The position numbers and the translations under genes are program-made. A stretch of 64,000 nt of DNA from Parasitella parasitica NRRL 2501. Taxonomy: Eukaryota > Fungi > Mucoromycota. Below the pieces are notes generated by a model. The model was not told the origin of the DNA. It made no database searches and saw only the letters and a program-made list of their open reading frames with translations. The stretch is from positions 4,362 through 68,361 of the forward strand of contig MU619390.1 in the NCBI GenBank assembly GCA_025201805.1. The letters are read 5' to 3'. Every line of letters starts with the position of its first letter. The first letter of the stretch is position 1. Of the stretch, positions 52,016 to 64,000 are shown in pieces.

Positions 52016-52239
52016 GGGTCTTGATTATTTAATTCGAACAAGAGGGAAAGAAGAACAAGAAGAAGAAAAAAAAAATGGAAATAGCAACTGTTTAATTACA
52101 AGAAAAAAGAAAAAGGCTTTTACCTTTTAAAGTTGGAGCATCTATCATTGTTACTCGAAAATTTATGGTACACTACACTACTAATATATATACAAGCAAA
52201 AATAAAATAAAATAATATAAAAAAATACACGCAAAATGG

Positions 52240-53278
52240 TTATTTTTTGATTTTCCCTTTCCAGCCTGGCTCTTCCACTTGATTGTACTTTTCTTTCCAA
52301 ATCCACGAATTTCCGATTATGCCCTGCCCTTGTTTTTCCGCTAAGCGATAATACTTGGCTGCACAATACAGGTCTTTTTTAACGCCTAGTCCATGTGTAT
52401 AACAGAATCCTAGGTCATTTTGTGCATCAGGATCTCCTAAATTCGATGATATTTGAAAGTAATACGCTGCTGTTTCTAGCTTTTTTGGTACCTGAAATTT
52501 TTACTTTAGTTTTTTTTCTCACCAAAAAAAAAAAAAAAAAACAACTTACGCCCCATCCATGTCGAAAACACACGCCTAGTTCATATATAGCAAGCACTAA
52601 TTCGGATTTTGCGACAGATGCGGATTGCGCTATGCCGGTCTGTAAGTCATAGACCGCACACTCTGCTGCACTTTGTAGATATCGCACTGCTTTTGTGGGG
52701 TTTCTTTTGCATCCCCAACCATGCCTCAATGCAATGCCGTAGAAAAATAGTCCTAATGGCGATCCTCCTTCTGCCGATAATCTCCAATAGTGTGTTGCTT
52801 TTTCCAATTCACCTTTTTCGTGGCATTTCATACCTAATTGAAGATAGTCCTGCGTATCCTCGGTTTGGCTCGACCTTTTCACACTAGAAAGCGGACGGTC
52901 TGACGAAGAAGATGTGGACGAGGAATGAATGGATTGCAGACTGCGGCTCATGAGAGGGTTGCTAGTGTTTTTTACTAAAGCGGACGATGATGATGCGACG
53001 AGTAGATTTTCATCAAGCGATGTGAGCGAATGAGCTGATCTGATATCAAACACTTGATTCTGTCTACTGTGATCATATTCACTAGTTGTGTTGGTATTTG
53101 GCGGATAATCCATACAAGCAGGACTTGTAGGTAAATAAGGCGGTTTTTCTTCTGTTTTTTGATGAAATAGAGAGAACATCTTTTTCTTTTTGCTTTTGCT
53201 GCTGCGGCTGCTGCTAATGCTGCTACTGTCGTTTTCACTGCTGTTGTCTAAGGATAGAGCCTTTTTTATTCTGTCCAT
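52240..53278 (-). CDS. Sel1-repeat protein (Dsf2-like), 1 intron
   Basis: GMKCHEKGELEKAT, YGIALRHGWG, AIYELGVCFRHGWG|V, GDPDAQNDLG, GNSWIWKEKY. Confidence 0.85.
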
Positions 53279-53308
53279 TTGCTATGAGAAGAAAGGGGGA
53301 ATTATGTG

Positions 53309-53343
<35 letters not shown>

Positions 53344-55838
53344 TTAAATTTATATAGATCAGGAAAATTTGAATACAGCACCCAAACCAATTAAGACAAT
53401 AATAGGTCATTCAAATGATGAAAATATACTTATTCCGTGTCAAGTCTTAGGAGATTTTTGTCTCCTAGATTGATATACAAGTCATATATAATTAGTGATC
53501 TGGATTCATTTGATTCCATTACAATGTTGTTCACGGTACCAACTTTGCCACCGCGCGAGTTCAGTTGTTAGCCAACGCTCAATAATTGGCATCGGCCAAA
53601 AAAAGTCAAGCTTTGCTTCCGATCATATGAACTTGTTTTAAAATACTGTGTTTCTGCTACTATCGTATTGCTTTTGATCCATTGCAGGTATATCGTAATA
53701 GCAAATGCTGCCACAAAAATCCTTTTATAGATTTTGTTTGGTATCTGATGTTATCATTTGCCTTCTTCTAATCAACGACTGCACCAGATGTGCTTGCATC
53801 TTTTACAGGGATGTTGGAAAGGGCTGCATATCTTTGATTTTGACGTGTATATATCTCTTATTTTTTCCAAAGAGTCGAAATGCGAAAACGCTGGACTTGT
53901 TGGCTCCAACAATTTCAAATAACATCAAACAACATATTAAAAGCAAGCAATAGGTGAATACTTGAATAACAACCTATTTTAAGCGTATAAAACATCCTTC
54001 AGGGTCAAAATGAGCTTATTCCTGGCACTTTATTGTATTTTTGACAAATAAAATCTCATCCTGGATTTATTATTGTCGCCTGATGCATTCGTGCTGTAAA
54101 TGATCGATTAAGATCATGAAAATGATATCAGTCGAAAATGATTGAATTTACTCCTAAATAGACATAATATTGCTAATTTAGGTAATATTCAGACAAAAAC
54201 ACATAATTTTTTTGATCGAAAATGTTTCGCAAATCTTTAAAACAAAGTTGTTTGAAAACCATACCATCAGATACCAAACTAAACATCTTAAAAGGTTGCT
54301 TTACATTGTAATTTGTATGATCTGTTACCAAACTGAATAGACATATAGCATCGACAAGGCTTTAAAAGATTTCAGATAAAAAAGAATGATGCACGATACT
54401 GTATACCGTGAGCACTCTGTTTTATTAATAGCCTTTGCCATTGTTGGTCTATATTATTAAAATAAAGGATCTCTTGATTGTCTAAATAAAATAAACTGGA
54501 AACAATGATACCAAGTAGAAAAATGTTATATTATAAAATTATTTATCCTCGGTAAGCAGCAATATCAGTTTTATTGTTCAATTATCTATGTAGATCACCT
54601 TTTTCTATTCTCAACCATACTACTAATCCAATCAATTTTTTTGTCCAGACGATCAAATTGGACACATTCAACAATGCGTTTGAAGAAGCACTAATTTTAA
54701 AGAGTTTTTATATAAGAAATAAAAGATAAGATTACATCTAATTTAATAAATATAAATAGGCATCATGCCTTGGTTCATTAAAACACTTTTTTTTTCTTGC
54801 ATTTCTAATTTAAAAGATCATGCTTTGGTAAGGAGATTAGAGCTGATGCTACATGAAAATGCTGCCATCAAACTCAGCTATGGCAAAGAGTAATTTAAGG
54901 AGAATGGTTGCTTGTTTATCGATATGTTCCAATGGCATACATGGATAGATTCGTTAATAGCTTACTGTTGTTGCAATTTGGTCCGAAACAGCACCTGAGT
55001 AACGAATCAATATTTCGACGATCAATAAAAACGGGGTAGATTATTTTGTGGCAAACGTCTCTCTTTTTTTTTTTTCTATCTTGACAAAAGTTCTTGAAGC
55101 AATGCAAATCTGATTTTACAGGATTTGCTGCTACAATTGTGCCTTCTTTTTTTTTTTTTNNNNNNNNNNTTTTTTTGTAGTAAGCGCACTGATGCACATA
55201 ATTTGCTTGTTCAAAACCCCCTTTTATAATCAAGAGGCTGTGTGCTACATGATGAGGTCTTTAGCTGACATATGATGAGAACGTAATAAAATCTTAATCA
55301 GAAGATAATTGCCACAGGAATAATCCGTCTAATTAAGTAGCAGTGTTCGTAGGTATTCGTACTTGCACGCTTGCAATAAAATAAGTTCACATATATCTAA
55401 ATGTAAGCTAGACATTATAAAGATGGATGATTTAACTTTAGGTGCTAAAGTTTAATTTGACATATTTCAAACCATACACATACGCAATGGAAAACTTATT
55501 CCTACACTATCGATAAATTACATTAACAAGACACGGGTTAAGTATCTATGATATCGTACAAGATTTTTTCAAGATGTAAAACAAAGTATATACATCTGAT
55601 AACGTGCCATTTGCTTGTATAATATACGCAGGTGGCACTATGTGATGTCACTTTGTAGACCATGGATTGGGAAGAAGAAGCAGATCTCTATCATCTACAA
55701 ACGCTAACCCGTATTAGACTCTACTTCAAAAAGCAAGGTTCAGATCAAAAGTCAAATGATGAAGACTCTGATGATGAAATGGAAGAAATTCCACTTGTTG
55801 CTATACAACAAGGCTGATGAATATTGTCAGCCTTCAAG

Positions 55839-57054
55839 AATCAAGATGTTGCCTCTGTTCCGGCCTCCAATGTGGTAAATGCTCTCTGAGCCACGCTTTT
55901 ATTTGCATAATAATAAAGTAATAATAAACAAACACTATACTTTTCCCTTTCTTCCCAACTGCATGAAAAACTCTTGATTTTTTTTTTTTTGCGGGGCCTC
56001 CACTTTGGCAACATCTTGGTTGCGTGTCTTGCTCAAGACAATCTCAGTTGCCTCCGTTCCGGCCTCCAATGTGGTATGGTTTTCCGGCAAAATGAAGTTT
56101 TATATCTTTGGTACTGGTATGCTTCTTCATTGTCGGCTTGTAGTTATAGCGCTCGAAAGTATCTGTTTTCAACTCCTGATCTTCTGAAGGGCCTTCCACT
56201 ATTGTTGGCCTAGCCACTGTTAATCCCTTTCCTCGGGTATCTGCCATAATTTGATGAGGATGAAGCTGCTGCCCCAACCGTTTCTGATTCAAACCTTGCT
56301 TGTTGTAGTCTCTCGATGAACAATGGTTCAAAGGCATTTACTGTCCTTCTGTCATCCTCATCATCTCTTCTCTTCAGACGTTTAAGACTGGCTGGCAGTT
56401 TAAGTGCATTAGTTGCATATTCTCTAGCATCTTGATTTTGGAATTTTGCTGTTGCAAATCCGGTAATTGCAAGTTTTTCAGCCTCCTCAAGAGCTGCTTG
56501 ATATACTGCTTGGTCATCTGATGTTTGGAATGTAATATTGCCCTTTCTGCTGTCCAAGTAGGCGCATATTTCAGTTGCAGTTTGCTTGCATTTTGGAGCT
56601 TTTGAATGCTTATAGACAGTGTTGACAGCTTGTGATGTGTCGACTTTCCACCTTTTGAGCTCAGGAGCGAGTTTTTTTTATTGTTTTGCTCTTGTTTTGT
56701 CCAGTTTTGATGGTGATATCTCTTTGTATTCCTTCTAAACTTTTTAATAGTTTCTCGTAACTCATAATTAGACGAGCTTTCCAAAGACTCTGATATTGTC
56801 ATTGGCAATTTATCTTCTTCCTCTCCTTTGGTTGCTCGGTTCTCGAGCTCAACTTCTCTAATAATACGGACGACATCCTCTCATGTGAAAAGCTGTTCAG
56901 TGGCATATTGCGCAGCTTAGAAAGACATGAAAAAGTATAGTGTTTTATTTTTATTGCTTGAATATTATGCAAATAAAGAGTGGCTCAAAGAGCAATTACC
57001 ACATTGGAGACCGGAACGGAGGCAACTGAGATTGTCTTGGGCACGACAGGCAAT
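55839..57054 (-). mobile_element. Non-autonomous, internally deleted DIRS retroelement (~1.2 kb): both inverted terminal repeats (ITRs), ICR, and a decayed gag-like ORF joined to the recombinase tail
   Basis: Inverted repeats at ~55848-55945 and ~56929-57026. ICR 56007-56076 is complementary to both termini. AAT flanks both ends. The tail TFERYNYKP…PENHTTLEAGTEATEIVL resembles the recombinase tail at 4140-4290. Confidence 0.85.
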
Positions 57055-57189
57055 TTATCGTTGTAAATAGTCTACAACAATAGTTATCGACCCAGCTTAA
57101 CGTAAGCAGACAAAACTAGGAAAAATAAAATTTATTTGCAACACTCAATGAGTATTCTAGAAATGATTGCAAATAAAACTTTTTGTAAT

Positions 57190-60100
57190 AGTATGAGCAT
57201 CTCCTCAGGAATTTGGATAAAATCTGAAGGTGTGTCTCTGGGCAGAGTAATTGTAGGAACAGTACCTTGACCAATCTAAAGTCGATAATCAGCAAATTGT
57301 TGAAGTTCATTTGCAAGGCCTGGATTGTCAGTTTGAAGGACCTGTCACTCATGTTTGTACGCAATTGCATTGAGACAACCAGTGGCCAAAAGCTGGGTTG
57401 TTCAAGCACTCACAAAATGAGCCATCAGCTTTCGCTATCAAGTCCTTGCTCATCATTGAGCATTCATCCCAAACAATATTTTTTGCTCTTTGTATAAATG
57501 ATGGCATGTCAGAGCGGGGAGTTATGTCGCACATGCTAATGTTAGCTACTTTTAAAGGTACCTTAAAGGTAGAGTGAGCAGTACGTCCGCCTTTGAGCAA
57601 CAATGCAGCAGTTCCACTCGATGCCACAGCAATCGTAATATCACCTTCTAGTCTATGATCCAGCCATAATTGATAGGGATCAGATACACCACTAAATGCG
57701 ATCAAAATGCAGAACAACTTTCTCAAGAAGCTGGAGTTTGCGACAAAGACGCCTCAGTTATAGCTGCAACTCACCATCAACGATGCGAAGATCTGTCAAC
57801 GACTTGGCCCCAGGAACATGCAAGAGTAAGAGCCGAAGATTATATTTTTCGGTATCTCTTGGTGAAACGGTATACATGCAACCAATAGTACCTCCAAAGC
57901 CACTCTATCTTGGGGTCTTATGAAAAGTATAATGCTCGCAAAAGCTGATGAATAGGGTTGCCATTGCTTGTTCATCAGTTAAGTTTTCTGCAATGTATGT
58001 GGACCAAGCTTCCAATGTGCTCGCAGGCATATTACGACGTCAAACGTCTGCAGGGCGGTCATTTTCGTTATAGCGAATAACACGATCTCCGGGCAAGTGA
58101 ATGTCAAGTCTTTGGCACGAAGGAAACTCTTTGTGCATGGGAAGTGACAACAACCGCCAGCAAGCCTCAGCTGCAGAAACATACCTTGCGTCAAGAAAGT
58201 TTTTAACTTCATCTTGTGCCTCATTGGCAACATTTGCCATATACACCTGGGCACGATCATGATCTTTGAGCATGTATTTGTACAAATGCTTGACAGAATT
58301 GATTTCGGTACAAATTTCAACATTGATGTAAGGCTCATACTTGGCAACTAAAAACAAATTGTGTAGAACGATCCAACTATTACCCACAGTTGTGGTACCA
58401 TTGTTTCTCAAGACGGTTCTATCATTCATGACTCTTCTGCGATACGTCAATTTTCCATTCTCATTCTGCTCACCCAATGTAATTTCCCCATCAAATACAC
58501 ACGCGTACTTTTTGGTGCATAGACCATCTTTCATGCAAATAGCTCCAGGATTGTAAAGACCACAGGGGCCGTAAACCATTTCCTAGCTACAATTTTATAA
58601 GCAAGTGGGGGGTTTGATGGGGTCGGGGATCTCAGCTGACACAATGGTGTCAATGATCTCTGGAGTTTTTAGCTTATCCGCCTCGTCCAAGATGAATAGC
58701 ATATGGCAATGGGGCAAGCCACGCTTTTGAAACTCGTTTGTGTAGCAAGTATTCCGGAACTTTACCAAGGACCCTGTTCTTGACAATATCGTCTAACAGT
58801 ACTCTTAGTTTTAGGTTAAAAATCCGTGCACACAAATCAGGTCGATCGGCAGGTCTTTGATTCTCCAATAATTCAGCTTCTATCTCGGGCCACGCAGGGG
58901 TACATGTGAATGCACTAAACAGATCTGGTTTGCCAAACCGACGTACCAACTTCATTGCATCTTGGTATAACTGTGCCATGAATTGTGAATTACCAACAAT
59001 AGAAGATGGAAGGATCACACGTTTACCGATATCGCTCATATCACTGTCATCAAGACGAATAACATCTGCCAACCTACTATACAGAGCGGAACGAGGAAAG
59101 GCCTGATTAAATCGAATGAAATTCAATCTTTGTTGTTTCCATCTTTGCAATGATATAGCTTTCCAAAAAACTGTATGCTGACTTACTGATTCATAGGAAG
59201 AAGCCCATCGACTGGTCGAAGTATGAGACGTAAATTGTAATACTGCACGACTAAGAAATCAGCACTGTTTCTGTTGACCTGGTCAGTGATCGGTTAATTA
59301 AACTCCATCATAACAAGTTTTATAAGATCTCGTATTGATATTCTATCCTGGACCACCGGAAAGGAACATCAGCACATATTGCAGAGAACGATTATGCTGA
59401 TGCAACTCAATGATTCGTGCAAGACCATCATTTTCTTGACTTTTCAAATAAGGAACAATGCCTTTATTTCTTGCTCCCAAATCACTCTCATCGTCATCGC
59501 CAACAACCAACACACCATTTTCATTAGCAATAGGTGTATTATACCTTCTTGAGTCTGGCACACTTACTGCCCTGAATATCATGCGTACTTTCTGTATTTT
59601 ACCTTCTTGCTTATTTGCAAATCCTTTTATAGATTTGAATAAATCAACAAACAAGTTTACATCATGTGCATCATATTCTGAAGAATCAACAATGACTCTT
59701 GGCTGACGTCTAGATTTCCATCAACATTTATTCTGTTTTGCAATTCATTTGCAGAATCAGAAATGTAAAGTTGTGCAAATATTGGTTGCTGAATAATATT
59801 GTTTTCAGTAGGTATCAAAGAGAAAATCATCAAATAATGCACACCTCTGTGAATTCGGAAGGCATACGCGCCATATTGGTTGTTTGCGTGTCAACCATCG
59901 AAACCCGCGTTTATTGAAATGAAACTTTAAAGCAGGATTGTAAGTTCTTGATGTTGGTTTTAAATACTTTGCTTTGCGTGTTATTGTTTCGGATCAAGTT
60001 TACAATAACTTCAGGGAGTGGCTCTAATGGTTTGAGAATACCTCGTCCTGCTGCATAACATGTTTAAAGGATAGGTACTGCCATACTCTAGTTGGTCTTT

Positions 60101-60379
60101 CATTCCCCTATCCACATATGGGCATTGCACAAAGAATACACAACGTTTATCGCTTCACATTGACTGGAATCCAAAGAAACAATGTTGGGTTTGCGGGAGC
60201 AACTCTGGCTTGATGTATCGTTCACGTTTATGGTACAGTTACTATGTGATCGTCATGAGTTATTAGCTGCTTTTATTGAAGTTGATGTAAGTATGTTTGT
60301 TCAATGCTTTGATTTGTTTGATTCATAATACCAACTTTAATTCTTGGTGTATAGTTATAATATAGCATTTATTTATAGA
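57190..60379 (-). mobile_element. Helitron RepHel remnant (many stops and frameshifts; helicase 3' half missing)
   Basis: PIFAQLYI, GKRVILPSS, GKPDLF…CTPAWPEI, DRPDLCARIF, EFQKRGLPHCH (HUH), INVEIC…KHLYKY, ARYVSAAEACWR, AVASSGTAALLLKGGRTAHSTFK, IVWDECSM. Candidate 5' end A|TCTATAAATAAA at 60379. Confidence 0.9.
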
Positions 60380-60815
60380 TTTGCAATGTAGTATCAAATG
60401 AAGCGGAGTAACTAAGAGTAAATTAGAGCCTCCTCAGAATAATGGCATAATCACAATGAGACTCCTCATCATTTTTAGAATATGGAGATTAAACCGCCCA
60501 TTGGCGCTGCGCCTACTGTACCGGTATTTTACCACACATTGGGTTGTAAAAACCGCCTTTTGGGATTTTTTTTCACCCGCTCTTTTACATTGCTTTCACC
60601 GTATTTCAAAAGGGACATACAGGGACAATCATTTTTGGGCCAGTGCCATTAATTTTTTTTATTTTTATTTTTATTTTTTTTTTTGGAAAGGGACATTTAT
60701 TTTTTGGTTACGGACATCTAATTTTCTCAGTAACAAATTCACCGTTCTCACTGTATAAGGGGAAGTTTTGAACAATCCAGGCCGTTTCTCTTTGCTTTTT
60801 CTTCTTTTCTTCTGA

Positions 60816-63425
60816 ATGCTTCGACAATTGAATAATTTATCGAAGTTGACTACCTCCTCATTAAAATATGCAGCCAATAACACAGCCGCCGCACTTGTAA
60901 GCCTAAGTGCTTCCACACGAGATGATCCAGCCTTACCCTCACCACATCTAATTGCATATTGGATAACTGAAACTCAAAGAGGATTAGTATGAAATGAGCT
61001 CTAGTAGTGCGAAACAATGTCTAATAGGCTCGTATAGGATGCATTTTTTAACGATGAATTCGAATTGGCGCAGGCGATATTCATGCAGCACCATCTAGAA
61101 TCTCCTTTTCATGCTGTTGGATTTGCTTTAATTGCGTATGTTGAAGCTATGCTTGGCTTCGAATCAGATAAAATTCAAACTGCCCTTGAACGGATTGCAA
61201 CAGCAGAAGTCTTGGCTCGACAATTCTCAAAGAAAGCACGAAGAAAGAATTGGCATGCCTATCGCTATACCAAACATACTGCAGAGGAGCATATCAACAC
61301 ATCGTCTACCACAGATCCCTGTAGTCATACCCCTAAAAACACAATTGTATCTATATCATTTGAGGAAGCTTCCACAACGACAGCAGAGCCGAAAAAGAAA
61401 CCAAAATCATTATCACCCGATGTTCAGTATGAATTACTAGCCATTAGCTGTATGCTCATGGCATCAACAATTCAGATTTTAAGAAACAGTTGGTTGGAAT
61501 ATATGAAAGCAGCCTATAAACTTCGTAAAGCTTATAAATTGTACGAGCAAATGTTCGAATCTTTAACAGGGCAGAAAGCATCCGAATATGCAAGTCAGCT
61601 CAAGAAAAAAGGATACAGTAAAACAGATTTATCAAATATTGCCTATACTGTTGCCGCTACTTCGACTACTGATACCGCCACTACTGCCACTAGTTTACTT
61701 GGAAAAACTGAATCTCTATCCAGCATATTGACTAATTCACTGCAAGTACGACCTTCTTGGAACGAAAAAAGATTGAGCCTATTCCATTCAACCCGCAAGT
61801 CAAGCTTTGATATATCTTATAAGAAAAGACCCATGTCAACGTTAGATTGTTATTTCGAAGACGCATCTTTCACTGCTATTGACAACGCCATTGAAAGTGG
61901 TGTATTTTTTGGTATTGGGCTATTTAGCTTGATATTTTCATTGTTGCCACCACGAGGTATGTTTTGCATTGTAACATGTGCTGATTTTTTTTTTTTTTTT
62001 TTTTTTNNNNNNNNNNTTTTTTTATTTATTTATTTATTTATTCACAATATGACATTTTTTAGTCAACAAAATATTAAATACACTTGGATTTCATTCATCT
62101 CGCCCATTTGCACTGCATTTACTTACAAGATCGTTCAACAATCAAGGCCTTTATTCATCGTTATCTGCTTTATCTTTATTAGCTTATTATACCAACTTGT
62201 CTTTATTTATACATCCACAATTATTACCCAACTCTCTCAGCCTTGAAAATGCTCGGCAAATATTAGACCAAATGAAGTTGTCATTCCCTCATGGCAAAAT
62301 CTGGAAGTTACTTGAGGGAAAGCTGTGCAAAATGGAAGGCAAGACGAGAAAGGGTGTTGAAATACTTCGAGATGCAAGACGTCGACAAAACACTCGAGTT
62401 GATTTGGGTACAATTGCAGCAACATTGCCAACTAAAAAGAAGAAATCAGACGTATGCGAGCTAGCTCAACTTCAAGCATTAGCCGTATACGAGATGGGAT
62501 GGTAAGTCCCCTCATCTTGGTTGTTTTATTATTCTCCTGTAAACGACTTTTTTTTTTTTTTTTTTTAAGGGGTCAGATATTTCTAGGTGATTATTTTCAA
62601 GCTGCAGAGACATTTTTTCGATTAGAGAGCATGAATAACTGGTCCAGGGCTTTTTATCATTACATTGCTACCTGCTGTATGTTTGCAGATGAAGAATACG
62701 ACAAATCCGCACTTGAATTCATGCTGATACCCGGAATCTTGAAACGAAAAAAACAGTTGGGAGGAAAATTACTACCAAACGAGATATTTGCAGAACGAAA
62801 AATCAAGCAATGGAGAGCCAAGGCTAATAATGCCGCTGTTTTAGATGGCCCTACCTTAAAACGGGTTGTTGTGGTGCACCCTTTATGGGAGCTGATTTAT
62901 TTATGGAATGGATTCTCTCAGCTAACAGCCAGTACACTGCAATTGCTAAAACAATCGATTGAAACGACTTTGGCCACGTTGAGCAAAGAAGATATTGGAA
63001 CAGACATGTCGCAACTGTATCTATTGTTGGGCGTAGGCGTACGTGAATTGGGTGATTTTGATCTGGCAGATATGTACTTGAGACAATCAATTCGATCAGA
63101 AGATCTGAAATGTGAAGATCGTTGGGTAATACCACACGGATTGTATGAAATGGCTGCTTTGTGCTGTTTTAGGCTTATGCAAACAAACGATGTATATCAA
63201 CAAGTCAACTTACATAAAGAAGCTCATGAATGGCTTCGTAAATCTGAAAAACATCTGGCACATCGTGTTAGTAATCTTCAACAGCAGCAGCAGCATCCGT
63301 ATCAACAAGAAGAGGAAGAAAATGAATCGATAGTACCTGATACAACAGGTGATTCGGATTGGGATAGTCGCTTGCATGTACGATGCCAATTATTGATAGA
63401 GAAATTAGAAGATTTTTGTTTGTAA
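60816..63425 (+). CDS. IML2: Iml2/TTC39 family TPR protein (3 introns)
   Basis: AFFNDEF, KAAYKLRKAYKLY, SGVFFGIGLFSLIFSLLPP, KILNTLGF, NNWSRAFYHYI, EIFAERKI. Confidence 0.85.
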
Positions 63426-63632
63426 TTTGTAACTTTGATTTAGAGAAAATGTAATAAAATTAAAACTGTATGCATATGATATTACTTGTTGCAATTTTTG
63501 TTTAGCTTCTTGGTTATGTGCTGGTAAATAACAACTGCCTTCATAGTGAAATTCAAATTTCATTAAAAAAATACCGCCAATTTCTAAGCAAATGAGGGCT
63601 ACATTCACCACTAGTTCCAGATTTTACAAAAA

Positions 63633-63706
63633 TGCTCGATACAAGGGTCGAACTTGTGACCTTGGCGTTATTAGCACCACGCTCTAACCAACTGAGCTAA
63701 ACGAGC
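63633..63706 (-). tRNA. tRNA-Ile (anticodon AAT)
   Basis: GCTCGTTTAGCTCAGTTGGTTAGAGCGTGGTGCTAATAACGCCAAGGTCACAAGTTCGACCCTTGTATCGAGCA folds as a cloverleaf with A and B boxes, followed by a TTTTT terminator. Confidence 0.96.
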
Positions 63707-63735
63707 ACCTTTCTTTCTCCTAACCAATTTTTTAC

Positions 63736-64000
63736 CTAATTTGGAACATTCACTTTTTGTAAGAAATTGTATAACACTTCATCCATCCATCTCGATAAAA
63801 GCTTCATCATTGCATCCTTCGAGAAAATTAGCTCACCTACTTTGTTGCCTTCAGATTCTCTTTTTTCTGGCTTGAAACGGCCTATTTCGTCTCGATCTCC
63901 ACCTTTATTTGCGTTTGATCTCGTACAACAAATAAAGTCCAAAAGATCCTCAACAACATTTGGAGATCCCAAGCCCGCTCCTCCTGCCCAAATGAATCTA
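63736..64000 (-). CDS. Possible 3' end of an unidentified gene running off the window
   Basis: Open frame from the window edge to a stop at 63736; no motif recognised. Confidence 0.2.
   Translation of the reverse strand, partial: RFIWAGGAGLGSPNVVEDLLDFICCTRSNANKGGDRDEIGRFKPEKRESEGNKVGELIFSKDAMMKLLSRWMDEVLYNFLQKVNVPN

Noticed and set aside
55249-55305. Two ATGATGA boxes plus CTGA, suggesting a C/D snoRNA
   Set aside because: No terminal D box, terminal stem or recognisable guide sequence.
57116-57119. CTAG as the Helitron 3' end
   Set aside because: No subterminal GC hairpin, and the helicase is truncated just upstream.
1-64000. CRISPR array, rRNA or Mucorales sex (HMG) locus
   Set aside because: No repeat-spacer array, rRNA sequence or HMG-box gene seen; the two transcription factors are homeobox proteins.

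Overview
Eukaryotic, intron-rich, AT-rich fungal DNA. Short introns, gene content and transposon types point to Mucorales (Mucoromycota); this assignment is an inference. There are N gaps at 2150-2664, 12505-12514, 38505-39464, 55160-55169 and about 62007-62015. The first ~7.1 kb is a nested transposon graveyard: PIF/Harbinger, Ty3/Gypsy gag-protease, a DIRS tyrosine recombinase tail, a possible LINE ORF1, and an intron-containing Crypton that carries a solo LTR with a 5-bp target-site duplication (TSD). From 7.7 to 53.3 kb lies a compact block of mostly housekeeping genes: UTP3/SAS10, BUD13, two homeobox factors, GGT, RPL12, PBP1, a Bir1-C-terminus-like protein, an EamA transporter, TPA1, UQCC2, HOP2, an alpha/beta-hydrolase-DUSP11-like fusion, alpha-actinin, MscS, G-alpha and a Sel1-repeat protein. 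Interspersed are secreted-protein genes: a LysM fusion split by an in-frame TAA and two intronless cysteine-rich peptides. At 55.8-60.4 kb are a 1.2-kb internally deleted DIRS element with intact termini and internal complementary region (ICR), and a decayed Helitron. The window ends with IML2/TTC39 and tRNA-Ile(AAT). I cannot prove a new biological system from sequence alone. The best leads are the miniature non-autonomous DIRS element, the divergent LysM / Cys-rich secreted pair, the AT-hook Crypton and the hydrolase-RNA-phosphatase fusion. All family calls are from motif recognition; no database search was run.
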